64,000 nt of DNA from Terriglobia bacterium (GTDB lineage: Bacteria > Acidobacteriota > Terriglobia > 20CM-2-55-15): positions 32,001 to 96,000 of the forward strand of contig CBDCLE010000024.1 in the NCBI GenBank assembly GCA_965218585.1. The letters run 5' to 3'. Under the pieces are notes generated by a model. It saw only the letters and a program-made list of their open reading frames with translations, did no database searches and was not told where the DNA came from. Within the stretch, counting starts at the first letter, position 1. Each line of letters starts with the position of its first letter. Shown piece after piece: positions 1 to 11,178 of this stretch. The translations under genes were made by a program, and so were the position numbers.

Positions 1-2207
1 ACGAGAACCGGCCTGAGATCTGGCTGCTTTCCACCGAAGACGGAGGCAACGGTCGACGGTTCACGTCGGGGAACAACGACCGGTCTCCGAAATGGTCGCC
101 TGACGGGGAATGGATCGCGTTCATTTCAAACCGGCCTGTAGAGGGACGAGGGCAGGGGAACGGTGGAAACGGCGACGGGGACCGCAATCGGCCTCAGATC
201 TACATTATCTCCCCAGACGGCGGAGAGGCCATGAAACTGAGTGATTCCCCTACCGGTGTAAATAACTTCGTCTGGTCGGGTGACTCAACCAGGATAGCTT
301 ACGTCGCTCAGAACCCCTTGACGGAAGAGGAAGAAAGGCGACAGCGAGATCGCGACGATGCGAATGTGATTGACCAGGATTTTCGTTATTCGAGCCTTCA
401 CGTAATCGAGGTCGAGTCAAAAAGTTCCGAGGAGATCGTGAAAGGCGATTTCGTTGTGGATCAACCGACCTGGTCTCCTGACGGAACGCAGATCGCCTAC
501 CGAGTCCGACCGACTCCGAGGGCGGACGATGGCAGTCTCAGCGACATCTACGTAGCAAACTCGGACGGATCTGAAATGCCGCGGAAGCTCTATGACAATG
601 AGGGATCTGACACCAATCCGGTCTGGTCTCCTGACGGGGAAACAATCCTGTTCGGCACAAGGCCGGCCAGCCAGGGGACTCTGGGTTTCACGCGTCTGCA
701 CGCGATTTCGGTTTCGGGTGGCGAACCGACATCTTTGATCCCCGACTTCGACGGCCCTGCAAACAACGTTCGATTTTCGCCAGATGGCGAAGTGATCTAT
801 TTCGAGGGCGCGCAGGGTTCGAGCCGCCAGATTTTCAGTGCACCTGCGTCCGGCGGCAGCGTCAGCCAGATCACCGATTACGAAGGAGTCGTCTCGAGTT
901 ATTCGCTCTCCTCTGACGGAAGGACCTTCGCGTTCAGACGGTCCGACGTGCAACAGCCAAACGACGTGTACGTGGTTTCGATGCCGACGTTTGATTCAAC
1001 CAGGATTACCAATCACAATCCACAGTTAGAAGACATCGCACTGGGAGAAAGCGAGGTGATTCGCTGGAACAGCCCAGATGGCCGAGAAGTCGAAGGCGTT
1101 GTCATCTACCCGGTAGATTACGAACCGGGAAGGCAGTACCCCGTGATCATGAACGTACACGGCGGTCCGGCCGGAGCCTGGACCCAGAGTTTCCCGGGAC
1201 GTCACGGCAACTACGCTCACGTCTGGTCAGGCCGCGGCTGGGTGACGCTCCTTCCCAACCCGCGCGGCAGTTCCGGCTACGGCGAGGAATTTCAGCTCTC
1301 CAACGTCAGAGATTGGGGTGGTGGCGACTACGAAGACGTCCAATCCGGAGTGGACGAGCTGATCCGTCGCGGTGTGGCCGATGCCGACCGGATGGGCCAG
1401 ACCGGATGGAGTTACGGTGGTTACATGACGGCGTGGACCCTGACCCAGACCGATCGCTTCAAGGCCGTGATGGTCGGCGCTGGACTGACGAACATGTTCA
1501 GCATGTATTCCACTAACGACCTTCAGAGGACTCTGGAAGGGTATTTCGGAACCACGCCCTTCGATGACGAGGAGGAATACCGTCGAGCCTCTGCAATGAC
1601 GTTCATCAATCAGGCGAATACGCCCACACTGATCATGCACGGAGAGCAGGACCCGCGGGTTCCGAAAAGCCAGGCCCAGGAACTGTACATGGGGCTCAAG
1701 AAGAATGAGATTCCCGTTGAGATGGTGTGGTTTCCGAGAGAACCGCACGGACTGCGGGAACCGCGACACCAGTTGGACAAGATGAAGCGCGAATACGCCT
1801 TCTTTTCCGAGTATGTTCTCGGTGAGACCGTACCAGATACGCGAACAGAGCATGAAAAGGTTGTCGAGGTTGTCCAGAATGTATTTACTTACCTGGCAGC
1901 AGGTGACAGCGAAAACGTGAAAACGTTGTTCTGGCCTGGAGCAACGCTGGTTTCTGATCAGCCCGACGAGGCGGGGGAACGGAGACAGACGTTCACGACA
2001 GTGGAAGATTGGGTCGGATCTGCCACGAGAGGAAACGAAGAGATGGCCGAGCCTGAGGTGTCGATCAACGACAACATAGCCTCGGTCTGGGCACGCTATT
2101 CCTCCGGCTCTTCAGCGGCTGCGGGGGTAGATGCTTTTCACCTGGTCAAGACGGACGGGGAATGGAAAATCATGTCCTTCGTTTACACACAGAGTCCGAT
2201 GGAGTAA
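1..2207 (+). CDS. S9 family (prolyl oligopeptidase/acylaminoacyl peptidase-like) peptidase with C-terminal NTF2-like domain; 5' end lies outside the window
   Basis: Frame is open from position 3. PD40/WD40-like repeats (WSPDG), HGGP, NPRGS, nucleophile GWSYGG, Asp (DPRV) and His (EPHG). Last ~120 aa (IASVWARY...GVDAFHLVKTDGEWKI) are NTF2/lumazine-binding-like. Confidence 0.9.
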   Translation, partial: ENRPEIWLLSTEDGGNGRRFTSGNNDRSPKWSPDGEWIAFISNRPVEGRGQGNGGNGDGDRNRPQIYIISPDGGEAMKLSDSPTGVNNFVWSGDSTRIAYVAQNPLTEEEERRQRDRDDANVIDQDFRYSSLHVIEVESKSSEEIVKGDFVVDQPTWSPDGTQIAYRVRPTPRADDGSLSDIYVANSDGSEMPRKLYDNEGSDTNPVWSPDGETILFGTRPASQGTLGFTRLHAISVSGGEPTSLIPDFDGPANNVRFSPDGEVIYFEGAQGSSRQIFSAPASGGSVSQITDYEGVVSSYSLSSDGRTFAFRRSDVQQPNDVYVVSMPTFDSTRITNHNPQLEDIALGESEVIRWNSPDGREVEGVVIYPVDYEPGRQYPVIMNVHGGPAGAWTQSFPGRHGNYAHVWSGRGWVTLLPNPRGSSGYGEEFQLSNVRDWGGGDYEDVQSGVDELIRRGVADADRMGQTGWSYGGYMTAWTLTQTDRFKAVMVGAGLTNMFSMYSTNDLQRTLEGYFGTTPFDDEEEYRRASAMTFINQANTPTLIMHGEQDPRVPKSQAQELYMGLKKNEIPVEMVWFPREPHGLREPRHQLDKMKREYAFFSEYVLGETVPDTRTEHEKVVEVVQNVFTYLAAGDSENVKTLFWPGATLVSDQPDEAGERRQTFTTVEDWVGSATRGNEEMAEPEVSINDNIASVWARYSSGSSAAAGVDAFHLVKTDGEWKIMSFVYTQSPME

Positions 2208-2287
2208 CCGGGGTTCTGTCAAGCGGGCGAGGGCCTGACTGTGTCAAACGCTTTGGCGGCCCCGAAGGAAGTCGCTCTGTTCGAAGA

Positions 2288-3331
2288 TCAGACCCAGCGA
2301 AACATCTTGAGTGCAACGGCGTAGCTTACCCCGCACCACAGACCCAGAATTCCAATCGAGAATGCCTGGGAGGCCAGTGGTTCTCCTGCGAGGATGACGG
2401 CGCGGAGCGCGTTGATCACCTGCGTCAAAGGCAGCGCTTGAATGAAGGGCTGGACGAGGGCCGGAAATCGTTCCGAAGAAAAGAAAATCCCTGAACAAAG
2501 CCACATCGGAATCATCACCAGGTTCATCAAACCGCTGATCGTTTCGATCGTTTTCGCACGGGAGGCAACCATCAGTCCGATGCCGGCGAAGGTGATCGAG
2601 CCGAGGAGCGCGATCAGGATCACGGCAGAGTAACTGCCCGCGAAAGGCACTCCGAAAAGCAGATTCGCCGCCAGGAGCAAGAAGAACATCTCCGGTATGA
2701 AGAACACCACGCGGCTGCTGACCAACGCGACCAGAAAATGACTTCGTCGCATTGGAGTCGCGACCATCCGCTTGAGCAGGTTTTTCATGCGCAGGTCGAC
2801 CGTGTTGAATCCGATCCCCCAGAGGCCCGCTCCCATCAGGTTCATCCCGATCAATCCGGGGACGAGAAAGTCGACATACCTGGAACCCGGCGCATCGGTT
2901 CGACGATCGTTCGAAAGCACCGTGTCTTTCCTGCCCGCTGCCCGCTGAATCGCATCGTCCACGACCACTCGGGTCGTGGTTCCAGCAGGATTCGTGGGAT
3001 CGAAAAAGTACTCGAAGTCTCCCGATGGATTAACGGAAACAACTAGCGGTGTCCGGTTACGCCGCAAACCCTCGAGCGCCTCGTCATGGGCGAGGATGTC
3101 GATCCCGAAGCGTTCATCTTCCCGCAGTGTCTGAACGATCGGATCCAAAGACGCCTCCTCGGTCGCAGTGAATAACGTCTGCACGTCGGTATCGCTGTTG
3201 AAGGCCAGGCCCAGCCCGATGACCATGATGAAGGGAAAACCATAGGTCCAGAAGATGGCTTCAGGTTGCCGCAGATAACTCCTGACGTTCGCCAGGACTA
3301 ACTGGGCAAATGGGTTGGTCTTAATCGTCAC
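2288..3331 (-). CDS. ABC-2 type transporter permease
   Basis: FWTYGFPF N-terminal helix, YVDFLVPGLIGMNLM, LKRMVATP, multiple TM helices, LPLT motif; overlaps the end of the ATPase gene. Confidence 0.9.
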   Translation of the reverse strand: MTIKTNPFAQLVLANVRSYLRQPEAIFWTYGFPFIMVIGLGLAFNSDTDVQTLFTATEEASLDPIVQTLREDERFGIDILAHDEALEGLRRNRTPLVVSVNPSGDFEYFFDPTNPAGTTTRVVVDDAIQRAAGRKDTVLSNDRRTDAPGSRYVDFLVPGLIGMNLMGAGLWGIGFNTVDLRMKNLLKRMVATPMRRSHFLVALVSSRVVFFIPEMFFLLLAANLLFGVPFAGSYSAVILIALLGSITFAGIGLMVASRAKTIETISGLMNLVMIPMWLCSGIFFSSERFPALVQPFIQALPLTQVINALRAVILAGEPLASQAFSIGILGLWCGVSYAVALKMFRWV

Positions 3332-4268
3332 GAAGATGCCTCCCCGTCAGGCTAACGAATACGTCCTCGAGATTGACATGCCGTGTGGTGAGGCTCTTGA
3401 GTTGCAGGTTCTCCTCGGAGAGCAGGTCGAGACACCCAGGGATCGAGAGATGCGGTTCCGCCACGGTGAGAAGATACCGGCCCGCTTCTTCGATGGACTT
3501 GGTGACACCGACGATTCTGGAAAACATCTCAGGATCAACCATGCGATCGCCGTTGGACTCGAGGCTGAATTCGATGACGTGCTCGCCACCCAGCCGGATA
3601 ATCAGGTCCCGAGGCGAACCCAACGCGATGATGTTGCCATGGTCGACAATGGCAACACGGTCGCAGAGCTTCTCAGCTTCATCCATATAGTGCGTTGTCA
3701 GAAAGACCGTGTTCCCGGCCCTCTTGATGTCGGTGACGATGTCCCAGAGCTAGCGGCGCGCCTGGGGATCCAGCCCCGTCGTGGGTTCATCCAGAAAGAC
3801 AAGTTCGGGCTTCCCGACCAGAGCACACGCCACAGCGACACGCTGCTTTTGCCCTCCCGACAGCTTAGAGATCCACGCATCAGACTTCTCTTCGAGCGAC
3901 ACCAGTGCCATCGCTTCTTCCGCTTCGATCCCGTCGTTGTAGAAACTACGGAACATCTGAAGCGTCTCAAGGACGCTCAGCTTGTCGCGCAGCCGGGTCT
4001 CCTGCAGTGTGATTCCGAGCTTCTGGCGCAACTCGTAGTTGTGGCCGGTGTCCCAGCGCATTCCCAGAACTTCGACTTCACCCGAGGTGGCCGGAATCAA
4101 TCCTTCCAGGATTTCGACGGTCGTCGTTTTTCCCGCGCCGTTCGGACCGAGAAGACCGAAACATTCGCCGCAATGGACTTCCAGATCCAGCCCGTTCACC
4201 GCGTCCACGGCCTTTCCGCCGCCTTCGTAGCGCTTAAAAAGTTGTTTGCAGGTAACAGCGTTCGACAT
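3321..4268 (-). pseudogene. ABC transporter ATP-binding protein interrupted by an in-frame TAG at 3750-3752
   Basis: Walker A GPNGAGKTT, LSGGQ, Walker B VFLDEPT. After DPQARR* the same frame continues LWDIVTDIKRAGNTVFLTTHYMDEAEKLCDR to 3321. Confidence 0.85.
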
Positions 4269-4367
4269 GAGATGGGGTCCAGAAGATCGATATTACACTG
4301 ACTGCAAGCCCCGAGGTAGCCGGGAAAGTGCTGTCAAGTTAAAGAACTCAAAGTCGGCATAAGGGCC

Positions 4368-4406
4368 TTAATTTCTTACTTCCACGATCATTTCGATCTC
4401 AACCGC
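4368..4406 (-). pseudogene. Probable C-terminal remnant of a RidA/YjgF-family gene
   Basis: Translates AVEIEMIVEVRN*, matching the typical RidA C-terminal VEIE strand; too short to be certain. Confidence 0.35.
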
Positions 4407-4510
4407 GCGCTGACCGAGTGCGCCGGGGTGAAACACCATATGGATTCGGGCTCGGTCGCCAGCCCCTGGAGGATGCGCATCGCCTCGAGCACCACGGAAA
4501 TGCTATGCGC

Positions 4511-5335
4511 TTATCTGAAGATTCTCGCGCGATCCCATTTTTCGATTGTGGACTCGATCAACTCTGCCATTCGCTCGTTTACCCTCTCGAAATACGTCCT
4601 GGCCTTGGCCGGATCGAAATCGGGATAACCCTGGCCGGGCTGATAGAGGATGATCGACGACGGGAACGGGTAGGCGCGCCAGCCGGATGGCGATGAGCCG
4701 GGAGTAGCCATGTCCGCCGAGTACCTTGCCGGATGGACGTGCTCGGGAACGATCGCCTGGACGTAGGCGTTTTCGTTGTTCCCGGCGTGGCCGCCGTCTT
4801 CTCCGAACACTTCGAAGGTGATCTCGCTGGCGATGGACCACCAGTTTGTGACCAGCGTGCGGACGCGTTCCCGACGACCGACTTCTTCGGCCACCCTTTG
4901 AAGGATCGCTGTCTGGCCTCCGCCGTGCCCGTTCAAGATAATCAGGTTTCGGAAACCGTTTCGCGCCAGGCCTGTCATCACGTCCATGATGAATGCTTCG
5001 TATGCGTTGGCGCCGATCGAGAAGCTCCCTGGAAAGGCATCGAGGGATCCAGTGAAGCCGTAATTCAAGGTCGGCGCGATGAGCGCATTCAGCCGCTCGG
5101 CAAGGTCCCGGGCCATCGCTTCGGGAGCCAGATTGTCCGAGCCATTGGGCAGGACGCCGTGAGGTTCAAGGGTTCCGGTCGGGATGAGAACCGTCTCGAC
5201 CCGGGCGGGCACGAGCTCCGCGAATTCCTGCCAGCCCAGCAGGTTCATCTCACGGGTGGAGGGTGGGGATTGTGCCTGAGCCGAACTCGCCACCAACCCG
5301 AAAACAATCAGCAGAAACGCGATCCTGAGCCTCAT
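4511..5335 (-). CDS. Creatininase family protein with signal peptide
   Basis: GTLEPHG..LPNGSD, NGHGG, GHAGNNE metal-binding motifs; start re-called at the ATG of MRLRIAFLLIVFGLVASSAQA. Confidence 0.85.
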   Translation of the reverse strand: MRLRIAFLLIVFGLVASSAQAQSPPSTREMNLLGWQEFAELVPARVETVLIPTGTLEPHGVLPNGSDNLAPEAMARDLAERLNALIAPTLNYGFTGSLDAFPGSFSIGANAYEAFIMDVMTGLARNGFRNLIILNGHGGGQTAILQRVAEEVGRRERVRTLVTNWWSIASEITFEVFGEDGGHAGNNENAYVQAIVPEHVHPARYSADMATPGSSPSGWRAYPFPSSIILYQPGQGYPDFDPAKARTYFERVNERMAELIESTIEKWDRARIFR

Positions 5336-5688
5336 CAGCCTGAACCTCCTAGTGTGAACAGAGAATGCAGATATAGTAAAGTTTGTGCGAGGAATATTGT
5401 GAAGAAACTGATGACGTCGTCGTGGCAAGCTGCTCGGTCCTGATCGCCGGACTGGCGCTGGGGTGCAGCAGGTTGGCGACCTGACTTCAAGTGCCAGAAC
5501 GAAGTGAATTGGTAGAAGGCACCTCCAACTCCCCAGATTCCGACTTCTCAAGGGTTGAGACTCGATCAGTAAACAAAGCGGCGTTTATCGGGGGTAGTCG
5601 TCGCGTTAAACCTGGACTGGTCTCCCGATCGCCACTCACTGTCCAGTACAGTTTTGCCGCAGGGCGTCCCCAACCCTTCTCAACCCAA

Positions 5689-5754
5689 TCACACTGCGAT
5701 CGTGGCAATTAATATCGAGATCGGGAACAAATACCAGTACCCGAAACTCAGCAT
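5689..5754 (-). pseudogene. N-terminal remnant of a TauE/SafE (TSUP) membrane protein
   Basis: MLSFGYWYLFPISILIATIAV* resembles the start of TSUP exporters, then breaks off. Confidence 0.4.
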
Positions 5755-6022
5755 GGAGCCCCTATCGATCGATGGTGACCATCCTGCGACCGCCAACTGA
5801 TGCCGCTCGCTGGCCACTCTCAGCAAGCCCGGTGGCTAGCAACCCTACGAGTAGATCGCCCCTCGGTTTTGTGCCGTCAACGAGCGGCTTCTGATGCGTG
5901 ACGGTACGCCGTCGAGATGGCATCCAGAGCTTCGTCGGTCCGCCATACTGCGCTCGCGATGAATCTGAACCCGTTGCGGCCTATCGTACTTAACTCACTG
6001 CCATCCAAGGAGCGCAGACATG

Positions 6023-6376
6023 CTAGCTCTTGCTTTCGCGACTCAGATACTCGAGAAGAGCCCGCGCCTGGTTGTGCTCCTGATCTCTGGTTGAGTACAC
6101 GAGCGTGACGGTCTTCTTCGCAGCCAGTAATGTCAACTCTTCGACGAGCCCGAAGCGTTCTTGTTTTAGCTCCAGGAAATACCGACGTTTAAACTCACGC
6201 CAGCGACTCGATTCGTGGTTGAACCATTTGCGAAGCTCCGTACTGGGGGCAATATCCTTCATCCAGCGATCAATTATGGCGTCGCGTCTGGAAACTCCAC
6301 GCGGCCAGATGCGGTCCACGAGTACGCGAACTCCATCACTCGGGGAGGCTTCATCGTAAATTCGCTTCAATCGCAA
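6023..6376 (-). CDS. DUF488 family protein (YeaO-like)
   Basis: KRIYD...DGVRVLVDRIWPRG...IAPSTELRKWF...HNQA motifs; AGGAGG upstream of a TTG start. Confidence 0.9.
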   Translation of the reverse strand: MRLKRIYDEASPSDGVRVLVDRIWPRGVSRRDAIIDRWMKDIAPSTELRKWFNHESSRWREFKRRYFLELKQERFGLVEELTLLAAKKTVTLVYSTRDQEHNQARALLEYLSRESKS

Positions 6377-6659
6377 CGTTGAACTTGCCTCCTGTTATTG
6401 ATGAGAACTTGTTCTCAGACACTCAACCACGGCAGGGTCCTTTCGCTCCTGACTGGTACCAGGTTAGGAGTTGACGATCGAAGGCGGCCGGTCCTCGATC
6501 GTCAGTATGAAGAATCAGTATATCGCTGGACAAGCGATCCAATAGATCTTGTGCAGTGCTGCCCATTACGGGTCTGGTTTTCCACAAGTTCTGGAGAATC
6601 GGGTTGCCAGTGGAGCGCGACTTCGGCATCAAACGCCACTGCGATCTGTTGAGCCAGGT

Positions 6660-8750
6660 TTATGCTGTGGTAGCGGTGTATGCGTCTCGAGGGGTCGATG
6701 CGGGCGAGACCCCGCGTCGTGCTCGGTCGATCATTAGTGGCCTGGACAGGGGCTCGGGTCTGCCCCCGCGTGGTGCGGTGATCGCGAACCGGTGCCTCTG
6801 CCACCAGGCATGGGCATCCTCGTCAGTCCACTGCCCTACGTCCGCGCACGCCTGCAGTGCGACCTGCAGAGCGGCGGCGTTCTGGGGTCGGTCCGTAGGT
6901 TCCTTGGCCAGGCAGCGCAGGATCAAGGCCTCGAGGTCCGGCGGCAACGGCTTCTCCAGGCGCTCGGACGGTGGCACCGGATTGCTGTGCAGTTGAGCCG
7001 AGCATACCTCAGCGATCGTCGTGGCCTGTAAACGCATGTTCCCCGGTGAGCAAGAAGTATCCCACCGCGCCCAGCGAGTAAATGTCGCTGCGAGCGCCGA
7101 CGGAGTCCGGAGCTTTGAGCGTTTCCGGGGAAAAGTACATAGGAGTACCAGCGATGGCGTTGACTTGGGTTAACAAAGCTCCATCGGCTGGCTCAAGTTC
7201 CTTGACGAGTCCGAAGTCGAGGACCTTGACCACGTCGGGCCGTACACCCTGCTCGACGAGCATGATGTTGGCCGGCTTGATATCGCGATGGATCAGGTTG
7301 ACCACATGCGCTTCCGCCAGCGCCCCCACTGCTTGGCTGAGGATCCGGACCACGCGTGCTGGAGGTTGCGGTCCGTCGTGATCCACAACGGTCTGGAGCG
7401 TGGCTCCGTCGAGGTACTCCATGGCGTAGTAAAACACGCCCGACGAGCTGCGCCCATAGTCATACACCGAGACGATGTTGGGATGGTTGAGCTCGCTCGT
7501 CCGCTGTACCTCGCGCTCGAAGCGCCGCAGACTCTGGTCATCGACCTTCTCGGGGGGTAGCAGCTTGATCACCGTGGGACGCCGCAACATGGCGTGCTTA
7601 GCGCGATAGACGACGCCCATGCCACCCTCACCGACTTTGTCGAGCAGCGTGTAGTTTCCGAGCTGAAGCGCCGCACGCACCTGCTCGCGAAGCGCGCGCG
7701 TGCGATAGCGAACGAAGAACGCGAACACCGCCAGACCTATCGTGACGTAGAGAACCCATGCCCACCAGGTGTGCCAAGGCGCTTGCGCGACGACCACCTG
7801 CACCGAGGCGACATGTTGGCTCCACACGCCGTCCTCATTGGCCGCCATGGCTTCGAGGGTGTAGGTCCCGCCGGGGAGGCCGACGTATCGGCCGCCCCGC
7901 TCTCCCCCGGCTTCGTACCAGTCGGCGTCGACCCCCGCCAGTCGGTACCGATAACGACTGGCGGCCGGATTGCGATAGTCGAGGGCGGCGACCTCGAATT
8001 CGAAAGAGTTCTCTCGCCAATCGAGGTAGATCGTGGTGACCTGCTCCGGCGCCGGTCCGACGTCCAGTGACTCTCCGTCCCGGGTAAAACCGGTGAAGAA
8101 CACCGGGGCCAGGTTCGGCTCCTCCCGAATGGCCTCGGGGCGAAATCGCGTGATTCCGCGATCGTAGAACCAGAGCTCCCCGTCTCTCGTTTCGAGCGGT
8201 CGGAACACCACGCCCACATTCTTGAGGACGTCCCGGTTCATGCCGTAGTAGCGGTAGATATTGTTCGAGGGATCGACGCGTACTAGTCCCTCGTGGCCTC
8301 CTAACCACAGACTACCCCAGCGATCGGCGATCACCGACATCACGCCCACAATCGGCAATGTGCCGTTGCGAGTCGACAAATGCGTGAAGGTCCCGGTTTC
8401 GGGGTGAAAGCGATCGAGGCCGACGTCGGTCGCGACCCAATATTCCCCGGTGGGCGCGTGGTAGAACTGGTAGACCGTATTGCTACTCAACAACGCCGAG
8501 TCGTCAGGATCGTTCTTGTACTTGTGGATCACTTGCTCGGTCTTCGGATCGAAGACATCCAGACCCCCTCCCGAGCGTGCTAAGCCAGATGAGTCCGTCA
8601 GGCTCCTGGTGGATGTCGTACATTACGCTTCCGCTGACGCTGGTCTCCGGTTGATCGGCATCAGGGCGGAAATACGTCGTCTCTCCGGTGTCTTTGTCGA
8701 GTCGAAGTAGACCCGACCCCGCCGTACCCATCCACAAGATATTGGAATCA
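6660..8750 (-). pseudogene. Beta-propeller (Reg_prop) + Y_Y_Y + TM + Hanks-type Ser/Thr kinase; 5'-truncated, with frameshifts near 8570 and 7024
   Basis: LWxGT repeats, YRYRLAGVDADW...Y..LPGGTYTL, PWHTWWAW TM, kinase GEGGMGVVY / HRDIKPAN / DFG. Pieces lie in ORFs 8504..8797, 7009..8532 and 6660..7037 (CLAKEPTDRP). Confidence 0.85.
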
Positions 8751-9274
8751 TGAACATCGTCGCCCGGCATGCCAACTTGGGACTTCAACTCCTTCACACC
8801 GGTCGCAGCCAGGAAGCCTTAGGGTGGATCGAAGACGCTCTGGAACTCGACAATGATTTCTGGGGAGCCCACTGGGTATTAGGGAACTACCACCGAAAAG
8901 AGGGCAGTTATCGGGAGGCTGTAAACGAGTTCCGTCAAGCCGTTGCGCTTTCGGACGGGAATACCGTGTCGCTGGCGTCCCTCGGACACGCCTATGCTCT
9001 CTCCGGCCAACAATCCGAGGCCCTCGGAGTTTTGTCTAGGTTGGAGGAACTGGAAGAGCGAAGATACGTTTCCCCGGCCTTGATCGCTTACATCCACGCA
9101 GGACTGGACGCGACAGATTTGGCGTTTCAGCGGCTAGAGGAGGCTTTCGAGCAGCGATCTCGTTACCTGGTTTGGCTGAAGGTGGCCCCCGAATATGAAA
9201 AACTCCGTTCCGACCCGCGCTACCTACAGCTGATTACCCGCATCGGCCTGTCCGGGCCGAACAATACAGAATAG
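8750..9274 (+). pseudogene. C-terminal TPR fragment of a TolB-like/kinase- or cyclase-associated TPR protein
   Basis: TPR helices ending YVSPALIAYIHAGL...LVWLKVAPEYEKLRSDPRY, the usual tail of much larger proteins; abuts the truncated kinase gene back-to-back. Confidence 0.65.
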
Positions 9275-9768
9275 TTTCACCAGAGATCTGCGGCGCCGTG
9301 CACGACATTTCTGAGCGTCGATCCAGTAGAAATCTAAGGAGCTGTTCGCGCGGCTTCCGCGAAGTGGCCATCTGATATCTTGAACCGAACCCCGAATCCC
9401 GTCTTGGATGGAGTGGCCCTGGCGTGGACATGCCCGGTACGAATCGCTGGATTACTAATGAGTAGTCGCCAAGTGTTTGGCAGTCGTGCAACTCAAGGGA
9501 CCCAGAAGCCGGTTTCCGGGGATCCCAGTCCCGATGCGGGTCACTTGGCTGTATAACCGGCTATTCGGACAATGGTCCATTGACCGATTTCTCAGACAAT
9601 TAGAGTCGCTTTGGTAAACGCGAGCGAATTTTTGGCAAACGTTGCGCGAGGACGTATAAATAAGGCCCGCGTCCAAGGATTGCCGAACAAATATACTCAA
9701 GCGTCGACCCGACGCGGTGTTCTTTTGAATTTTGGCAACTCGAGAGACCCCGTTCCGGCTAAGCTGGG

Positions 9769-11178
9769 ATGATGAAAACAACCCCCGCAGCTGGTGACAC
9801 AGTCGATACGGAGGTCAGCCCTCGCGGGGCTCTCGAGGTGCTGTCCCAGCGCGAGGTGGAGCAGCTTCGGCTCGCGGCTAAATCGAGGGAGAACTCCCAG
9901 CTCTTTGATCTGCTTCGGCGCTGTGCACTCGCTGTGATGAACTCGGGCAGCGACGAAGACGACGCCGCTGCCGTATTCGACCGCTATCGTGATTTCTCGG
10001 TCGAGATCGTACAACGCACGCGTGGGCTCAAGCTCAAGATTAAGAATGCGCCGGCCAGCGCGTTTGTTGACGGTCGGATCATCGAGGGAATTCGCCAGCA
10101 CCTGTTCGCAGTGTTGCGAGATCTCGTTTACATTCGTACTGAGATCGAGCAGAGCGAACGATTCGATCTCGAGCAAGGAGACGGCGTCACGGATGCCATC
10201 TTCCACATCCTGAAACACGCACGAATCCTGAATCCGAATCTCCGGCCTAACCTCGTCGTGTGTTGGGGTGGGCACGCCGTATCTCGCAACGAGTACGAGT
10301 ACGCGAAGGGAGTCGGGTATCACCTGGGCTTGCGCGGCCTCGATGTGTGCACAGGCTGCGGACCGGGCGCCATGAAAGGGCCGATGAAAGGAGCCGCCAT
10401 CGGCCACGCCAAGCAGCGCTTGCAAGATGCTCGTTACGTGGGTCTGACCGAGCCCGGGATCATTGCGGCCGAACCACCGAATCCGATGGCCAACCATCTC
10501 GTCGTCCTGCCCGACATCGAAAAACGCTTGGAGGCATTCGTGCGCATCGGTCACGGGGTAATTATTTTCCCAGGCGGGGTGGGCACGGTTGAGGAGATTC
10601 TGTACTTGCTCGGTGTGCTGATGGACCCGACCAATGCCGATCAGTACCTGCCCATCGTTTTCAGTGGCCCGAAGGAAAGCTGTGACTACTTCGAGCAGAT
10701 CGACCAATTCATCGCCGAGACCTTGGGCGAGAAGGCACGCGAGCGCTATCTAATCATTATCGACGATGAGCGGGAAGTCGCCCGGCACATGGATCGAAGC
10801 GTCCGCAAGGTTCACACCCGGCGACGTAAGAGTGGCGATGCCTTCTACTTCAACTGGCTGTTGAACGTTCCCGACGGCTATCAGCGTCCGTTTGAGGTCA
10901 GTCATGCAGCGGTTGCAGATCTAGTGCTCCATCGCGATCTGCCGATCCACGACCTGGCATCGAATCTACGTCGCGCCTTTTCCGCCATCGTGACGGGAAA
11001 TGTCAAAGAGCACGGAATTCGACTTATCCGGCGGAATGGACCATTCGAGATACGTGGGGATCACGCCATCATGGAGTTGTTGGATGCGATGCTTGGCAGC
11101 TTCGTCGATCAGGGACGTATGAAAATCGCCAGCGGGTCTTACAAGCCCTGCTATCGAGTCGTCGCATCGCGGACCTGA
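9769..11178 (+). CDS. ppnN: Pyrimidine/purine nucleotide 5'-monophosphate nucleosidase
   Basis: [54 protein letters not shown] and YKPCY, characteristic of YgdH/PpnN (LOG family). Confidence 0.93.
   Translation: MMKTTPAAGDTVDTEVSPRGALEVLSQREVEQLRLAAKSRENSQLFDLLRRCALAVMNSGSDEDDAAAVFDRYRDFSVEIVQRTRGLKLKIKNAPASAFVDGRIIEGIRQHLFAVLRDLVYIRTEIEQSERFDLEQGDGVTDAIFHILKHARILNPNLRPNLVVCWGGHAVSRNEYEYAKGVGYHLGLRGLDVCTGCGPGAMKGPMKGAAIGHAKQRLQDARYVGLTEPGIIAAEPPNPMANHLVVLPDIEKRLEAFVRIGHGVIIFPGGVGTVEEILYLLGVLMDPTNADQYLPIVFSGPKESCDYFEQIDQFIAETLGEKARERYLIIIDDEREVARHMDRSVRKVHTRRRKSGDAFYFNWLLNVPDGYQRPFEVSHAAVADLVLHRDLPIHDLASNLRRAFSAIVTGNVKEHGIRLIRRNGPFEIRGDHAIMELLDAMLGSFVDQGRMKIASGSYKPCYRVVASRT

Noticed and set aside
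3315-4301. Long antisense ORFs (also 9697..10707, 21217..22431, 25776..26909, 34202..35401, 53802..54812, 59190..60170)
   Set aside because: They are shadows of well-supported genes on the other strand in GC-rich DNA and have no recognisable motifs.
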